A DNA stretch of 64,000 nt from Felis catus (taxonomy: Eukaryota), in the NCBI RefSeq assembly GCF_018350175.1, contig NC_058368.1, positions 6,572,001 through 6,636,000 on the forward strand, written 5' to 3'. A model generated the notes under the pieces. The model had not been told where the DNA came from and ran no database searches. It saw nothing but the letters and a program-made list of their open reading frames with translations. The translations under genes were made by a program, and so were the position numbers. Shown here piece by piece: positions 22,870 through 36,405 of the stretch; positions within the stretch are counted from its first letter, which is position 1; every line of letters begins with the position of its first letter.

Positions 22870-24229
22870 AAGTCCACGTCTAGAGAGGACACTTTTTGAG
22901 TCCAGTGGTGAAAGCAAACTAGGGGTCAGGGGATGACATGGGCCAGGGAGATGGTTCAGGAATCAGGTGAACTTTCCAGAAGCCCCCCAGGACTCTTCCT
23001 CCGCGGCACTGGCTTCGGGACATAGCAAGATTTTAAAGAGGCAAAGAAGGGTCAAATACAGTCCTCCTGAAGGCCCGGGGTGCGCGGGCTGGCCTTGAAG
23101 TGTTCCTTCAGGTCAACGTCATTTAACACGCATGCTACGTGCCGGGAGCTCGGTCCGCTGTTTCCGCCCCCGAAAAGCTCACAGTTTTGTGGTTCAAAGA
23201 GGCAACACTCTTATCGAGTTCAAAAACAGTTGCATTATTTTTCTAACCACACGTACGTCTCGAGCTAGACAAAAAGCTAAAAAGCAGTGAAACCATCAGC
23301 TGGGTGCTAAAATCGCAGAACAAAATGTGTGAGCCTTCTGTGGGTTTCAGAACAAAGAGCAGGGGGCTAATAGGGGAAAAAGCGAGCAGGCAGGGGCCAC
23401 CTAGACATGGGAAGCGGCTCTTGGGGTCCCTCTCCACAGATCACCTTACATTTAAAGAAATGCCTCTGTGCCTAGGCCCTGCAGATGCAAGTTTATGTGT
23501 CGCCTGAGGTTCAAGGCAGGGGCCTCTGCTCCAGGCTGCTCGAAGGTACAATCGTCAGCTTGTAGGAATTCACACAATACAGTCTCCAAAATGCAGTTGA
23601 GTCGAATACAGTGCATCTTGTTGGGAAAAACGTGGATTTGGGAGGCAGACGCCTCCGCCTCCGGTCTGCCATCACCCCGCCACGGCGCCACCTGGTTGGG
23701 GAGGCCGAGCCTGCTGCTTCTTGGTGACAGAATGGGGACCACATAAAGACTTCCTGGAATTACGATGACTCGAGAAGATCGTACATTAAAGACCCTCGCC
23801 CAGTCCCAGCACGTGGCAGGCACTTACCAAAATGTTCCCTGGGTTTGTACTCACAGATGCATCCGTCTCTGTTGGGGTTTCCCAAGGGTGATGGGCCGGA
23901 GCTGGGAAATGGGGGCCCAGGGCAGGAGATTGGCCAACGAGGGGTGCGGACGCAGAGAAGCGGAGCCACAGGGAACCTCCACGTGAGCAGCTCAGCAGCA
24001 GCATCGGAACCACGGTCAGAGCGAGGCCGTGAAGGCAGGGAGGCTGTGACAGGCAGGTGCGTCTGTTTCCAAAATCCCTTTTGAGTCCGTCTGTTTCTAG
24101 CCACCCCGCTGCCACCGTCTGAGGTCTGGGCACCTGGGATCCCCCAAAAGCCCGCTAACTCATTTCCCCACCTCCCCCGCCTCGGTCCATCTGGGCTCGG
24201 TCCTCCTGGGCCCACAGCCCTCACGACTG

Positions 24230-24620
24230 CTCATGCCCTCAACATCAAGCCACGCTTCCTCCCGTGGCTTTCAGTGCTTGCCGGATCTGATCCCTCACAT
24301 CCCGCCAGCTAGCCTCCTTGCTGACAACCGTCTCGAAGACGCTCAGCGCCCCCACCTTACTTTGTACCCGGTGCTCTCCGGGCCTTTGCACGTCCTGGTT
24401 CCCACGTTTAGAACACTCCTACCCCTCAGCCTGTTTTCTGGTGCCTCCTATTTGCCTTTTCGACTCCTGATCATGCATGCTTCTTCCTCTGGGAAGTCCT
24501 CCTGGCCTACCTGCCCGGGCCCAGACCGAGCCGCTAACCACTCGCGTCTCCAAGTTGCGTGAAGGCACTTCACACAGTAGAGGGCATGCGGAGGCATTCG
24601 ACAAACGTTGTCTGAATAAG
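24230..24620 (+). mobile_element. L2 3' remnant
   Basis: ccgggcctttgcacgtcctggttccc...ttcctctgggaagtcctcc...ggcattcgacaaacgttgtctgaataag. Confidence 0.6.
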
Positions 24621-24699
24621 TAGTTCGTGGCAGAGGAGCTGAAGGCTCACTGACAGGTAACGCTGAAATAATTTACTAGAAGCTCTCACCGAGGTTTTT

Positions 24700-25150
24700 C
24701 CCACAGGATTCCAGCAGGAAACCAATGGCTCCAAAAAGACAGGGTGATCTAGAAGAGTGTGACCAAGGGACTTTTTTTATAAAGGTATAGACAGAGTCAA
24801 GGGAATCCAACAAGGGAGGGCAAAACACCTGCCCTGGGACTAAGGACAGCGGGAAGTCACTACCTCCTCGGGCCTGACGGACAAAGGAGGAGAAGGAAGT
24901 TACAGAAACTCAGAGCTGTGAGTCAGGGGAGAGGCTTGCAGCGTATGAGCTGGGGCTCTTGGCAAAGGAATGTAGCCACTGCCCGCCAGGGTCTCCCTCT
25001 ACCTCCTCCCTCTCAGTCATGCCTCCATTGGCCAAGTCCAACGGGTAGCCAAGGACAAGGAGCCCCATCAATGTGGTCGTAGACCTGTGGGCTCCAAGCA
25101 GAGCAGAGAAAGATCGTGGGTGATTGTAGGGAGAAAAGGAATCTCCAGTT
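24700..25150 (-). mobile_element. ERVL solo LTR (LTR33-family-like)
   Basis: ccagcaggaaaccaatggc...aagggact...ccaacaaggga...cagcgggaagtcactacc...tgcctccattggccaagtccaac. Confidence 0.55.
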
Positions 25151-25283
25151 GTTCTAATAACTTACCTAATAGCCTGTCCTAAGCTTTTATAGGTAAAGGA
25201 TTCCACCTGCTGTTGTTAACGTGTCTATCCCTTGGAATGGAATGATGTCAACCAGCCAATTGAGCACAGATTCAGTAGAAATG

Positions 25284-25502
25284 TTTTTTTTTTAACATTT
25301 TTATTTATTTCTGAGACAGAGAGAGACAGAGCATGAACAGGGGAGGGTCAGAGAGAGAGGGAGACACAGAATCCGAAACAGGCTCCAGGCTCTGAGCTGT
25401 CTGTCAGGACAGAGCCCGAAGCGGGGCTCCAACTCAGGGACAGTGAGATCATGACCTGAGCCGAAGTCGGACGCTTAACCGACTGATCCGCCCATACGCT
25501 CC
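25284..25502 (-). mobile_element. SINEC_Fc
   Basis: Full reverse body; TSD not clear. Confidence 0.93.
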
Positions 25503-26209
25503 AAAAGACTAAGGTTTTTTTAAACTGAGTTCTATCTTGGACTCAGTGTCTTATTTGTAATTTAACAAAAAGTTGACTTACAATTTTATTTTCAGTTTAA
25601 AAAAACCTGCTTTGAGGTTTGTCCCATCCCTGAGATGCCACTCAGCTTCCAATGTGCAAGTGAATTTTTGCCCACCGCCAGATGGGCTCAGATCTGAGCA
25701 AAAGGGCCTTTTGCCTGCACCGGGAGGCATCTCTTCGTGGGGCGTGGCACATCTCAACAGGGACAGGTGTGCATTTCCCCCCCGTCTGTCCATCGGTCAT
25801 GGCAATTAGATGTCAGACCCAGAGAGAGCTTGCAATCTGACGATTAATGTCACATGGAAGATGTCGGTCCGGAGTCAGGACCCTTCCTGCTTGAACAGAC
25901 GCATGCTTCTTCACTTGCGAATCCATAAATAGCTTCCTGTCTGCTGAACCCTGGTGCGCTGGGATAATTCAAAAGTCAGACAGCATGCAAAGGCTCACTG
26001 TGCGTACTAAGTGCTCACCACGCCGTCTGCTTTTGTCTGTGTTTGGGTGCCTTGGTTGTTAGCTCAGAGACCTGACAAGTTAAGGTTGCAGGGGCCAGAG
26101 GCTACCCAGGCATTATCCCATTTCGGGACTGCTTTCGTAGACCGCAGACACCTCTGTGCGGGGCGGGTCACAGCTGCCCTCGCTGGGAGACGCATGCCTC
26201 GTGTGTGCG

Positions 26210-26509
26210 TGCTCTGGACTGCAAGTTTGCGTCTCCCCAAAGTCACAGGTCGAAGCCCTCATCCCCAGTGTGATGGTGTTAATAAGTGGGTTTTTTTTTG
26301 TGAGATAAGGAGGTCATGAGACTGGAGTCCTCACGAGGGGATCGGTGCCTTTAGAAGAAAAGACCCGAGAGAGACGATCTCTCCCTTCCCGACGGGGGGA
26401 CATGGCAAGATGGCGGCCATCCGCATGCAAACACTGTGAGAAATAAATGTGTCGTTTGAGCCAGCCAGTGTGTGGTATCTTGTTAAAGCAGCTTGAACTG
26501 ACTAGAACA
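26210..26509 (+). mobile_element. MaLR solo LTR (MLT1A-like)
   Basis: TG...CA ends, actgtgagaaataaatgt polyA region, 5-bp TSD gtgcg/gtggg. Confidence 0.85.
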
Positions 26510-28872
26510 GTGGGTATGTGGGGTACCTATATGATGGACATTAGGTTCAATTTATTTTCTTTCTGAGACTCCTCGAGTGAATTAGTTTGCATCTGCTTTG
26601 CTACCCTACGACCCTACAGAAGCCGTGCGTGTCCAGGAGAGCGGCCCCAAACACGCGTTCATGTTGGATCATCTAGTCCCCTGTTGGCTTTTCATTCCAA
26701 ATGGGGCCTGTGGAAGAAAAACTTTGCATAAAGAAATGTAGGGAGCAAAGCTGGGGAAGGGAGGGGGAGGGAGAGAAGGGGGTTGTGTCGGGGCGCCCAC
26801 GTTGGCCAGGGGCGCAAGGTCCCTTTGTGTCATCGGTGCAAAGAGAGGCCAAGACCACATGCATAGAGTCTAGAGCAAGGTGGATGTTACAGACGCAGAA
26901 CAAGAGGGTGCAGTGAGCTTGGTCTCCCCAACCGACGGGGCAAGTCCAGGAACTGAGGGGCAGTGGGAGTTTGGTGTCAGGACCTACAGAGGAGCGTGGG
27001 GAGAGCGGGCACCGGCAGAACCTGGGGAGCTCACAGGCAGTGTCTCTGCTGGGCTGAGACTCCTTGTGAAGCCCCTCCCATCTGAAACTAACCAGCATGA
27101 GACAGAACTGGAAAGGGTGGGGGGTGACGTGGCATTGGGGTCCTTGAAACTGGACTCCATCCCAGTTCTACACGGAACAGCTATGACGACAGCAGTTACC
27201 GATCTTTCCCGAACTTCCATTTCTTCGTAAGACAGCCTTCCTCAAAACCTTTCGGCAAGGGCCAAAGGTGACCTCACAGTAGGTTCTCAGTAAATGGTAG
27301 CAGTTGCCATTATCAGTGCAGGAGTCCGTGAGCTGAGTAGGGTAGATTTTCCAGAATCCACAAGTGTTTGCTCATGCAAAAAAAAAAAAAAAAAAAGGTA
27401 TAAAGGCTTCCAGTCGTATGTTCCGGTGACATTTATTATAAAGCATTGCTGTGTCTGGGGGGCTGTGACCTCAAGCATGACTAAGCCCCAGGCTTCCCTG
27501 GGGGAGCTCCACAGGCATGGGGAGGGTCCTGGGGGCACAGGGAAAACGTCCCCGCTGCTCCCTGTCCCCAGAGTCGGGCAGAGTCTGGAGAGATAGGACA
27601 AGAAAGGCTATAAATAGCCAAGCAAATCAATAAGCAATGCACCCAATTAAAAATGGTTTTAATTATCTGAGTCTGCCTGGCCACCAGACACTCCAGTCAA
27701 ACAGAGTAAATGTAATTTTCTTTAACCACCACCTCCCCTAAGGTCAAAAGTGTTTACACATCATCTCTATGTGCCTCCAGAAAACGCATCTCAGCTCGCA
27801 CGGGTCTGTCCCTGTCAATGCAGCACGCTGCTTGGTCTTATCCTGGGTCTTAGGGAAGCTCTGATTCTAGGGCAGTGGGGTTTCTGAGATGCCTTCTGCG
27901 GTGCCTTTAAGCCCACCCAGGTTTCTAGTCCTGTAAGTATGGCGGGTGATGGTTTCCCACACTTGGAAAGCTCCCCCCATCTGGCTCTTGAGAGTGAGAA
28001 CCATGCCTCTCCATGTTTCCGTGGGGCAGGCCAAGGTAGTGCCGCTCTCGGACCTGGGCGAGAGGGGCCCCGCCATGTGGCCCTGCTTCAGAGGGCCCTG
28101 CGTGTCACAAACCTAGGGACAATCAACTCCTTAAAGAACATGACACCTCTGTCACTCAGGACCCAGTGCTCCCCCCAAACCCAACCCCATTCAGGCCCCA
28201 GCAAGACACTTTGCTCTCATATCCCAGGGTGCAAATACTGAGCAGATTCGCATGCTGACGCCAGAGAAAGAAAGTTCCTCAGAGTTGGGGAAGCTTCTAG
28301 AGAAGAGAAAAGTTAATTAATGAACTTGGCCAATCCTTCCTCTTCGCATAAATACAATCGATTCCTGCACAGCAAAATCTCATCTCCCAGGGGTGCTGAT
28401 GCCCATGTCCTGGCTTCTCACATTCTGATTGCTGGCTCCAGGCCACATGCTGGCTAGTATGGCGTTCACGGTAGAGGCTGTGCAGGTTCCCAGCAGGGAA
28501 CATTTTGCACTCTGGAACTCTCCCAGGGCTCTCAAAGGTGTGTACGCATAGGCGCAAAGTCAACATGCGCCATCTCATGGCACTGAGTCTCAACCTTGGC
28601 AATGAGATGGACCTTGAATGCTAGGATTGTAAATGGCTTTATTTTTAATATTGAATAGGGTTTAATCACTGTTTCGAAAATCTAAAGGAGAGTTGCAGTT
28701 TTATTTAAGTCATTTTGACTTACGCTTTTGATATTCATGAGTTGTAACCTATTTGCTTTTAAAATTCCTAGATGACTTTGCATACTTGAGGGGGAAAATG
28801 AGTGTTTTGAAGACACAAACTAATTTGAATTTACATTTTCTTATGAACTGACATTCAGATTCCAGACACTTT

Positions 28873-29037
28873 AAAAAATTTTTTAATGTTTATTTTTTGA
28901 GAGAGAGAGAGAGGCAGCAGGTTCCAGGCTCCGAGCTGTCAGCACAGAGCCCGACGCGGGGCTTGAACTCATGGATCACGAGATCGTGACCTGAGCTGAA
29001 GTCGGACACCCAACCGACTGAACCACCCAGGCGCCCT
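28873..29037 (-). mobile_element. CAN-SINE with internal deletion
   Basis: TSD attccagacac. Confidence 0.92.
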
Positions 29038-29151
29038 TAAAATTCCAGACACCTTAAATACAATTCTATATATTTTTTCAGTCCTTGGAGTGAATCATTG
29101 CACATGAGTGCAGTTGAGATTGAAGTAAGTAGGTAAAGAAACACAAAAATC

Positions 29152-29336
29152 GGGGCACCTGGATGGCTCAGTTGGTTAAGCGTCTAACTTGGGCTCAGGT
29201 CATGATCTCACGGTTCACGGGTTCGAGCCCCACATCAAGCTCTGCGCTAACAGCTCAGAGCCTACTTTGGGTCCTCTGTCTCCCTCTCTCTCCGCCTCTC
29301 TCCCTCTCAAAATTAAATAAACATTATAAAAAAAAG
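29152..29336 (+). mobile_element. CAN-SINE
   Basis: TSD aagaaa(c/t)acaaaaat. Confidence 0.93.
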
Positions 29337-29600
29337 AAGAAATACAAAAATAGAGCTCAAAAAAAAGATAAAAAATAGAAAATCTACAATCCGCTTAGAT
29401 TTTTAGAAACTGGAACCAATGCAATTTAGCAGACCTCTGGTGAGCCTGCCTCACATCAAATCTACAAACAGTCTATAACCAATTCTTTATTTAATAAAGA
29501 CTTAATTACTAATCAAAGCAACAAGACTGTGAATAGGCTTTCATTTCTACTCTTGTTAGGGCCAATTAATGTTCATGGTGGCCCTGGATGCTTAGATTCT

Positions 29601-29771
29601 CTTTTTTTTTTTTAATTAATTACTTTATTTTGAGAGAGAGCATGGGGGAGGGGCAGCGAGAGAGAGGGAGAGAGAGAATTTTAAGCAGGCTCTGCGAGGT
29701 CCGACTCGGAGCTCGATGACCTGAGCCAAAGTCGAGCTGGACACTCAACGGGCTGAGCCACCCAGGCGCCC
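29601..29771 (-). mobile_element. CAN-SINE (older, internally deleted)
   Basis: TSD ctgg(a/c)tgcttagattct. Confidence 0.9.
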
Positions 29772-32700
29772 CCCTGGCTGCTTAGATTCTTATCAGCAAG
29801 CCTGCCCCTGCTGGGGGGGGGGTCCATGGGCAGAGCAACCCATGCTCTGACCCTGGGACTTAACCAGGTCACGAGGCCGCCAGGCCACCACCCATTGGAT
29901 CAAATGCTCCCTTGGGCAGTTTCGATTCAAGCCTTACAGAGGCTCGGTTGGCCAATAGAACACTCCGGTAAGAACAAGAGTGTGATACACAGTCTCAACG
30001 TTTCTGACACAGTGGCTTGCATCAAACAGACCTTAATAATGCTTTTTAAACTTTCCTGGAAATCACCACCAGGCGGGCGATTTGCCCACTTGCACTCCGT
30101 GGACAGGCAGGACCACCCACCCCACTCTTGACATAAATGTACATGGAACGCCATTGTGGCAGGCGCTGAAAGGGACTGGAGGTGAAGACGAGGCCCTCGA
30201 CTTCATGGGGTGTGGTTAGTGGAGAAGGCAGATGTGATTCAAAGAATCAGGCAAGGCGACCGAAGAGAAAATGTGCGACTGTTCATCCCAGAGAGACCCA
30301 CAGCGAGAGCCACCTGGAGGAGGGAGCAGGCGGTGATGGCATCCTCCGGCTGTCCCCAAGAACCTGACCTTCTTTATCCCTCTCTCCTCCTTTCTGATTG
30401 TCGCTCTCAAGGCTGGTCTGCCTTCTCCCCTCTCCTTCCCTCTGTAAGCCACCCCCGTGGTTTTCTGTGGAGCAAACGTGAAATTCTTATTAAGAAGTGT
30501 CAGTACTCAAATAAATGGAAATTCAGAGAAGGGAGACCGTATCACAGAAGCTGAGGTTAAAAAACAATAATAATAATCACGATGAATGTCCCTGTCCTCA
30601 GAGAAATTGGCTTGTGTCTCAGGGTAGGAGAAGTGGCTGCCTGGGGAATCAGGGGTGTAAATGCGCTTTCCTGCGATTTTAGTCGGTGCTGTAAAAAAAA
30701 ACCAAGCTGTGAGAAGACAGAAAAACTCGGGGGTTGGAGCTGCAGATGGGTGGAAGTCTCACTGATTCCTATAGAAATAGAGCATTTAAAATTAGCTTGC
30801 TATAAAAATAATCAGGGAGGTGGCGTTGATTTACTATCTATATTCCCCACTGCTCGATTCAATTTCTGTTTTGAGAAATCCATCCCGTTTCCAGTTTCCC
30901 CCAAAGACTCAGTCCCAGCACTGGGCCTCAGGGACAAAGGCCGCTGTAGCTTGTGGGGGGTCTAGGGACCCTCGGACCTGGCGCCTCTGAGCCTGGCCTC
31001 CTGACCTCTGAGTCTCCCTGCTGTCTGTGCCTGTCCAGGCAAAATTCTGAGTTTCCTCCCTCCAGGCATCTTGTTACATTCCCAGAGAAGTCCAGATGCC
31101 CTCGAGCCTTTTTATTTCATTCTATTTTATTTATCTCCCCACCCCCCACCCCAAGACCAACTCCTACAGCCAGGCCCAGGTCTGGATCATCAAGAACTAG
31201 GGAGATAAATATTTCAGTACAGTTGAAGGGGAAGGGCTCAGGCCAGAAGGCCAATGGCCTTCTGGTAATCATGATCCCTTGTGTTTATAAAGTAATGTCG
31301 TGCGTATAAATTTGTTCCAAGAAGTGTGAACTATAAGAAATGTTTGAGTCCTTCGTTCCTGGTCATCCCACACCTGGCCCAGCCCCCACCACCGGGGCCG
31401 TGACAGAGCGGACCCTGGTCACCAGGGGAACAAGAGGCTCTGCTGTCCTTTGAAGAAGTCCCTGCCCTTCTTCTGTGACTCTTGCCCGTGGCCTTGGGTA
31501 CTGGCCAGGAAGAAAGGCTTGCTCAGGATCAGCGCTGAGGCTCTGGTCCCCTCGGGGGCCAGCAGCCACTGCCCCGAGGGTCCGACTACCCCCAGGGGGG
31601 CGCCCCTGCAGCAGAACGCAGACCCCGCTTCACCCCCCTCCCCCAGCCTTGGAAAACCCTACCGTCCTGTCACAGGGCCTCTGCCCCTCACAACCTTCAG
31701 AGGCTTCTTTCTCTGCATTTATAAAGCCAAACTTAAAAAGAAAAGAAACAAAAAACCTAATGCCCACTCTAAATGCCCAACGTAGAGATGCCCAACTCCA
31801 AATCCAACGCAAAAGAATGAAGTTGGGGCAAGGGAAGAAGGCAGAGCCCAGGGTTTCCCTCCGGGGTGCCGAGGGCAAGGCTTTGCGCCCTGTTGGAGCC
31901 CCCATGACAACTTCAGTTAAGCTCAGGTATTGACTGAGTGAGACGGGGTCCCGAGGATACATTCTGCCTTGGCCCTTGTCACCCACCACCCAGTCACAGT
32001 CCCTCCAGAGGGGCCTTGTCATGCCATGCGTCCCAGGGGGCGTCCTCAGGACCCTGGCCCTGGGGCCGGGAGTGGGTGCCTTCAGCATGGTGGGGGGGGG
32101 TGTCCTCAGACAGTCCTAGAGACCCTGCAGGGCCAGGAGGGGCTCCGGGGAACCAACGCGGGGCTTCCCTGACCGAACCTTGGCTCAAGCTTCGAGGTAA
32201 ATGGCATCTGCCTTCTGCGGGGTCCAAGCAGGTTGTTGATGAAAATACCAGGGAGTAGCGGACTTCAGAATGTTTTGTTTCTTCCCTAGAGGGAGCCGAG
32301 GGGTGTGTGTGTTTCTCCCCTAGCGGGGTGATAGGGTGTGTGTCTAGCTCTAGAGAGGAAGTGGGGGAGGGCCTGTTATGCGGGCCCAGGGCTTCGGGGT
32401 GAATAATCCGTAGCCACTGCCCTCAAGGATTGCCAGTGTGGCGAGGGTACCCCCGGCACTCAGGACAGGTGCACCAGGGCACAGCAGGCCTGGGGCAGGG
32501 GAGATGACGGGCCATGCCGCCTCTGTCAGATGTCCAAATGGGGCGGAAGACGGGGCCCAGCTGTAGGGTCACACTCAAGCCCATGTCAAGAAACACAGAG
32601 CTGGTCGTTGACCAGGTACTTAATAAAAGTCAGCCGACGGGTAAGCAAATAACAAGCCTCACAACTGAGCGGAGGCTGGACCTCGTCCTAAGTTCCTTCC

Positions 32701-34748
32701 AACAGCCCCAGGGAGTGGGATCCAGCCCTGGCTTGCCTAAGTGATTCGGTGAATGAGGGAATAAGGCCCAGGAGCCCATGTCAGGGGGCCGGGCGGGCGG
32801 CTCACAAACAACCCCAAGGGAAGACCATTCTTTTCTTTTTCTTTCCCCTTTCAGTTTACGTTATTTCCTCCTGTGTTTATTACGGTCATGGAATTCTTGC
32901 ACGGAGTCGTGAAGATCCTAAAAAACAAGACTTACAGGTTGAGAGCCAAGGCTTTGCAGATGGTGAACAGGCAAGCAAAGATAAGAGGTCGGAGGCGGGA
33001 TGGACTTTGCATCAGCCTGTGGTCTGGGAAATCATAAAGGCCATCATTCACGTAAGTCGCGATGGTGTGGTGGTCGGGTCAATAATAATATTCTTGCCGT
33101 TGATAATCAGAAGGCAATGCTGCGGATGCGCTCGAGGACATCTTGGGGTCTGGGATGGCCTCCCAGGTGTGTGAAATCTGGACGTCTGGCCCAACATCCG
33201 GCTCCTCGAGAGAGAGAGAGAGAGGTCAGACACACCCCAAGGGTCCCAACAGGTCCCAGAGGAAAGATGTAGAATAGACCGCAGGAAGCACGTGGCCAAT
33301 AGCACTTCTCTCGTGGAAGTTTCTGACGTGGGCTTTTCTTTCCCAAGGCTGAGTCAGAGCTTAGGCTAGAGGGCAGGAGCCTTCCCACATCCTCGCTTTC
33401 TATCTGAATGTGTCTCTTAATGCTAGAACGTTCTTCCAACGCCTGACCGTGAGCGCTTAGAGAACGGGGGCCGAGGAACACAAATCCAATTTTGATTTCG
33501 ACTGGTAAAATGGCGGGGAAAGCATTTAATCTCCCTGGGCCCAAGCTGACCCACATAACAAGGCAGAGAAAATCATAGTCACCAACAGTCTTTTCCAGGA
33601 GAACACCCTGAATTTGCGTGGAAGAGGTATGTTGTCAGGTGCGAGACTTCAAGAAACTCTGTTCCAGGAAATTGCCTCCGAAAGCGAAGGGCTCTGGTTA
33701 CTGGCAGCCGAGCTGTTTATGAAGCTGGGAGAGCACCTAGGTACGTCAATACCTAAGACATGTTTGGGGGGCAGGGGAAAAAATCTGGCTGGGAGAGAGC
33801 CCGGGACCTTCGCCACTCCCACCACCCCTCCCAACGGACATGGCTTCGGGGAAATTTTGTATGGAGAGTTCTGGGATGTTGGAGCGAAGTCCTCCTTCTT
33901 CAGTCGTCCCTAAGAAATCCTCAGCAAATTGTCCCTACTACTCGCTTTGCTATATGTGGATGGATTTTGGGGGGGGGATCAGGAGACCCTGAGTTCCGCG
34001 CTAAGGCTGGGGTGGAGGGAAAAGGGAAAACTGAATTTTGTGCGTATGGCTGCCGCCGATAACTAGTTACATCCATGAAACTTACAGGGTGAGTGCCCCA
34101 TACATGGGGTCGATGAGCGTTTTTACCCCCACGAGACAGGAATTGTCTTCACCCCGTTTCAGCTGCGCTGTGCTTCCTGTGCCTGTTTCTGGAGGGCTGG
34201 GAGCGGCACCTGCACCCACGGCTCCTTGGTTAGGTCTCCCCTAACCAAGGGCCCCCTGGGGTCCCCATATTCTGCTTGCAAGGGGGGGGGGCGAGGAACA
34301 CAGGTAGCCCCCAGACACAATGAGGGACCTGAGCCTGGGTCCCTGCAGGGGGACTGCGCTGCGGTCCCACACGCAGCACAAGTCGGTACCACACTTGGCC
34401 GGACTGCTTGCACGATGCCATCGCCTCCAGGCAGTCTGCCCAGAGTGCCCAGACACCTGTGCGTATTCCCTGACCTCATCACTCCTGGAGGAGCCCTAGC
34501 TTGTTCGCTGCATGTCCCGTGTGGCACTTTTTAATTTAGCTTTCGGTTACTTTTATGCGTTTGGAATTGTTACCGTTCCACTGTGTGCGGCTGCAGCTCC
34601 TCAAGGACAGGGCTCCCCGTTCATCCCCGCATCCCTCACTGGCCTAGACGTGCCCTTCTGCCCGGACACCCTTCATATGCACAGGCACAAAACTCCCCTC
34701 CCTAAGAGCGTCTGATAAGGGTTTTAGAAGCTTCGGTGCCCAGCCCAC

Positions 34749-34779
34749 AGGCCTAAACAACCTAGAGTTGTTTAGGCCT
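34749..34779. repeat. Inverted repeat with 13-bp perfect arms
   Basis: AGGCCTAAACAAC-ctaga-GTTGTTTAGGCCT. Confidence 0.95.
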
Positions 34780-35207
34780 CTCTGAACACACTTGGGCATG
34801 GAGGGCTAATGCGCCCTGTGCCCTGGTGGTTAGACTACATATAGCTTAGTGCCCAAACCCGGGCACCCTGAGTGTCAGATGCGGGTACTGTTCACAGCCG
34901 ACCAGGACAGCAGACCTAGGATGGGGTCTTCCCAGTGCAAGGACACCTGTTCCTGTCACTCCTCTGGCCTCCAGTCTCCCCAGCACGTGCCATCACGCAG
35001 GGTTCTAATGGCAGCCCTACCCTCTCCGAATTGTTCCAGAACCACATTAGCCTCGAAAACAAAATAGTGTGCTATCCCTGGGAATCACAGAGTATTCGAA
35101 GTAGAGGGAATCTTTCAAAAGTTCTAATCTCATTCCTTTACAGATGAGGAAACTGGGGGTAAATTTGTGGGGTCAAGACCAGAACCCTATTTCCCAAAAC
35201 TCCGGAG

Positions 35208-35220
35208 ATTTTTTTTTAAG

Positions 35221-35251
<31 letters not shown>

Positions 35252-35310
35252 AGAAGTGCACGAGTAGGGGAGGAGCGGAGAGAGGGACAGAGAGGATCCC
35301 AAGCAGGCTT
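35208..35310 (-). mobile_element. CAN-SINE 3' half
   Basis: T-tail, (GA)n, gaggatcccaagcaggct. Confidence 0.85.
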
Positions 35311-35650
35311 AAACACAGAACTCTTGCCTCCAGTGGTGAGCTCTGGGAAGGTGACCTCAGAAGAGAGCAGCGGCTGTTCTCAGGGGATCACAGCGCACAG
35401 GGGACAGGAGTGGAAGCAGAGCCGGCGGAGGCGGTGAGGAGCCGGGGCCAAGGCGCAGAGAGTGTCCCCGGAGGTGCAGGGACGTTGAAGCACAATCCTG
35501 AAATGTGAGCGGCTTTTCCCCTGGCGTCAGTTACAGCTTCTGGATGGATCTCAGAGCCACTCCCTCTGGAAGCAGGAGGAAGGGGAGGCGGGCTAAACGT
35601 CAGGAATTTTGGAAGTCAGGGATGGTTATTTCAATTTTAAGAAACAGGAA

Positions 35651-35840
35651 GGGGAGACGTGGGTTCCCGTTCGTGGGTTCAAGCCCCGCCTCGGGCTCGG
35701 TGCTGACGGCTCGGTGCCTGGAGCCTGCTTCGGATTCTGTGTCTCCCTCGCTCTCTGACCCTCCCACACTTGCACTCTGTCTCTCTCTGTCTCTCTCAAA
35801 AATAAACATTAAAAAAAAAGATTTTAAAAAATAAAAATAA
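35651..35840 (+). mobile_element. CAN-SINE with deletion in the 5' head
   Basis: Degenerate ggggagacgtgggt joined to gttcgtgggttcaagcccc...; A tail. Confidence 0.88.
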
Positions 35841-35934
35841 AACCAATATTAGGGGCACCTGGGTGGCGGACACGTTTCAAAACTATGCTCCAATTAGACT
35901 CATACTGAGCTTTCTTGAAAAATCTAGAAAAATT

Positions 35935-36165
35935 GGGGCACCTGGGTGGCCCAGTTGGTTAAGCTTCAGGCTTCGGCTCAGGTCATGATCTCGCAGTTTG
36001 TGGGTTCGGGCCCCGCATCGGGCTCTGGGCTAACAGCTCGGAGCCTGTAGCCTGCTTCGGATTCTGTGTCTCCCGCTCTCTCTCTGCCTGTCCCCTGCTT
36101 GTGCTCTGCCTCCCTCTCTCAAAAATAAATTAACGTTAAAAAAAAAATAAAAAGAAATAAAAAAT
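35935..36165 (+). mobile_element. CAN-SINE
   Basis: TSD aaaaatctagaaaaat. Confidence 0.95.
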
Positions 36166-36199
36166 AAAAATCTAGAAAAATGTTAAAGAGCTGATTGGG

Positions 36200-36405
36200 A
36201 TTGAATGGGTTTTCAAAGTCAGATGGTCCCATGTGCTTGTACATTTTTTTTTGGTTCCACGCTCATGAGCAACTTCTTGAAGCTCAGTTTTTTGTCTGTA
36301 GACCGGAGATAGAAACATTTATCTCAAAGAGGTCATTGTGAGAATTAAGTTAAAATGTGAAAAGTCCTTTGCACAGGGTAAATATTCAATATGATGTACT
36401 ATAAC
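36200..36405 (+). mobile_element. MIR
   Basis: ctcagttttttgtctgta...atctcaaagaggtcattgtgagaattaag. Confidence 0.65.

Noticed and set aside
28620..29440. AT-rich tract ending cagacctctg, possibly an old hAT transposon
   Set aside because: Could not identify a matching terminal inverted repeat or a family
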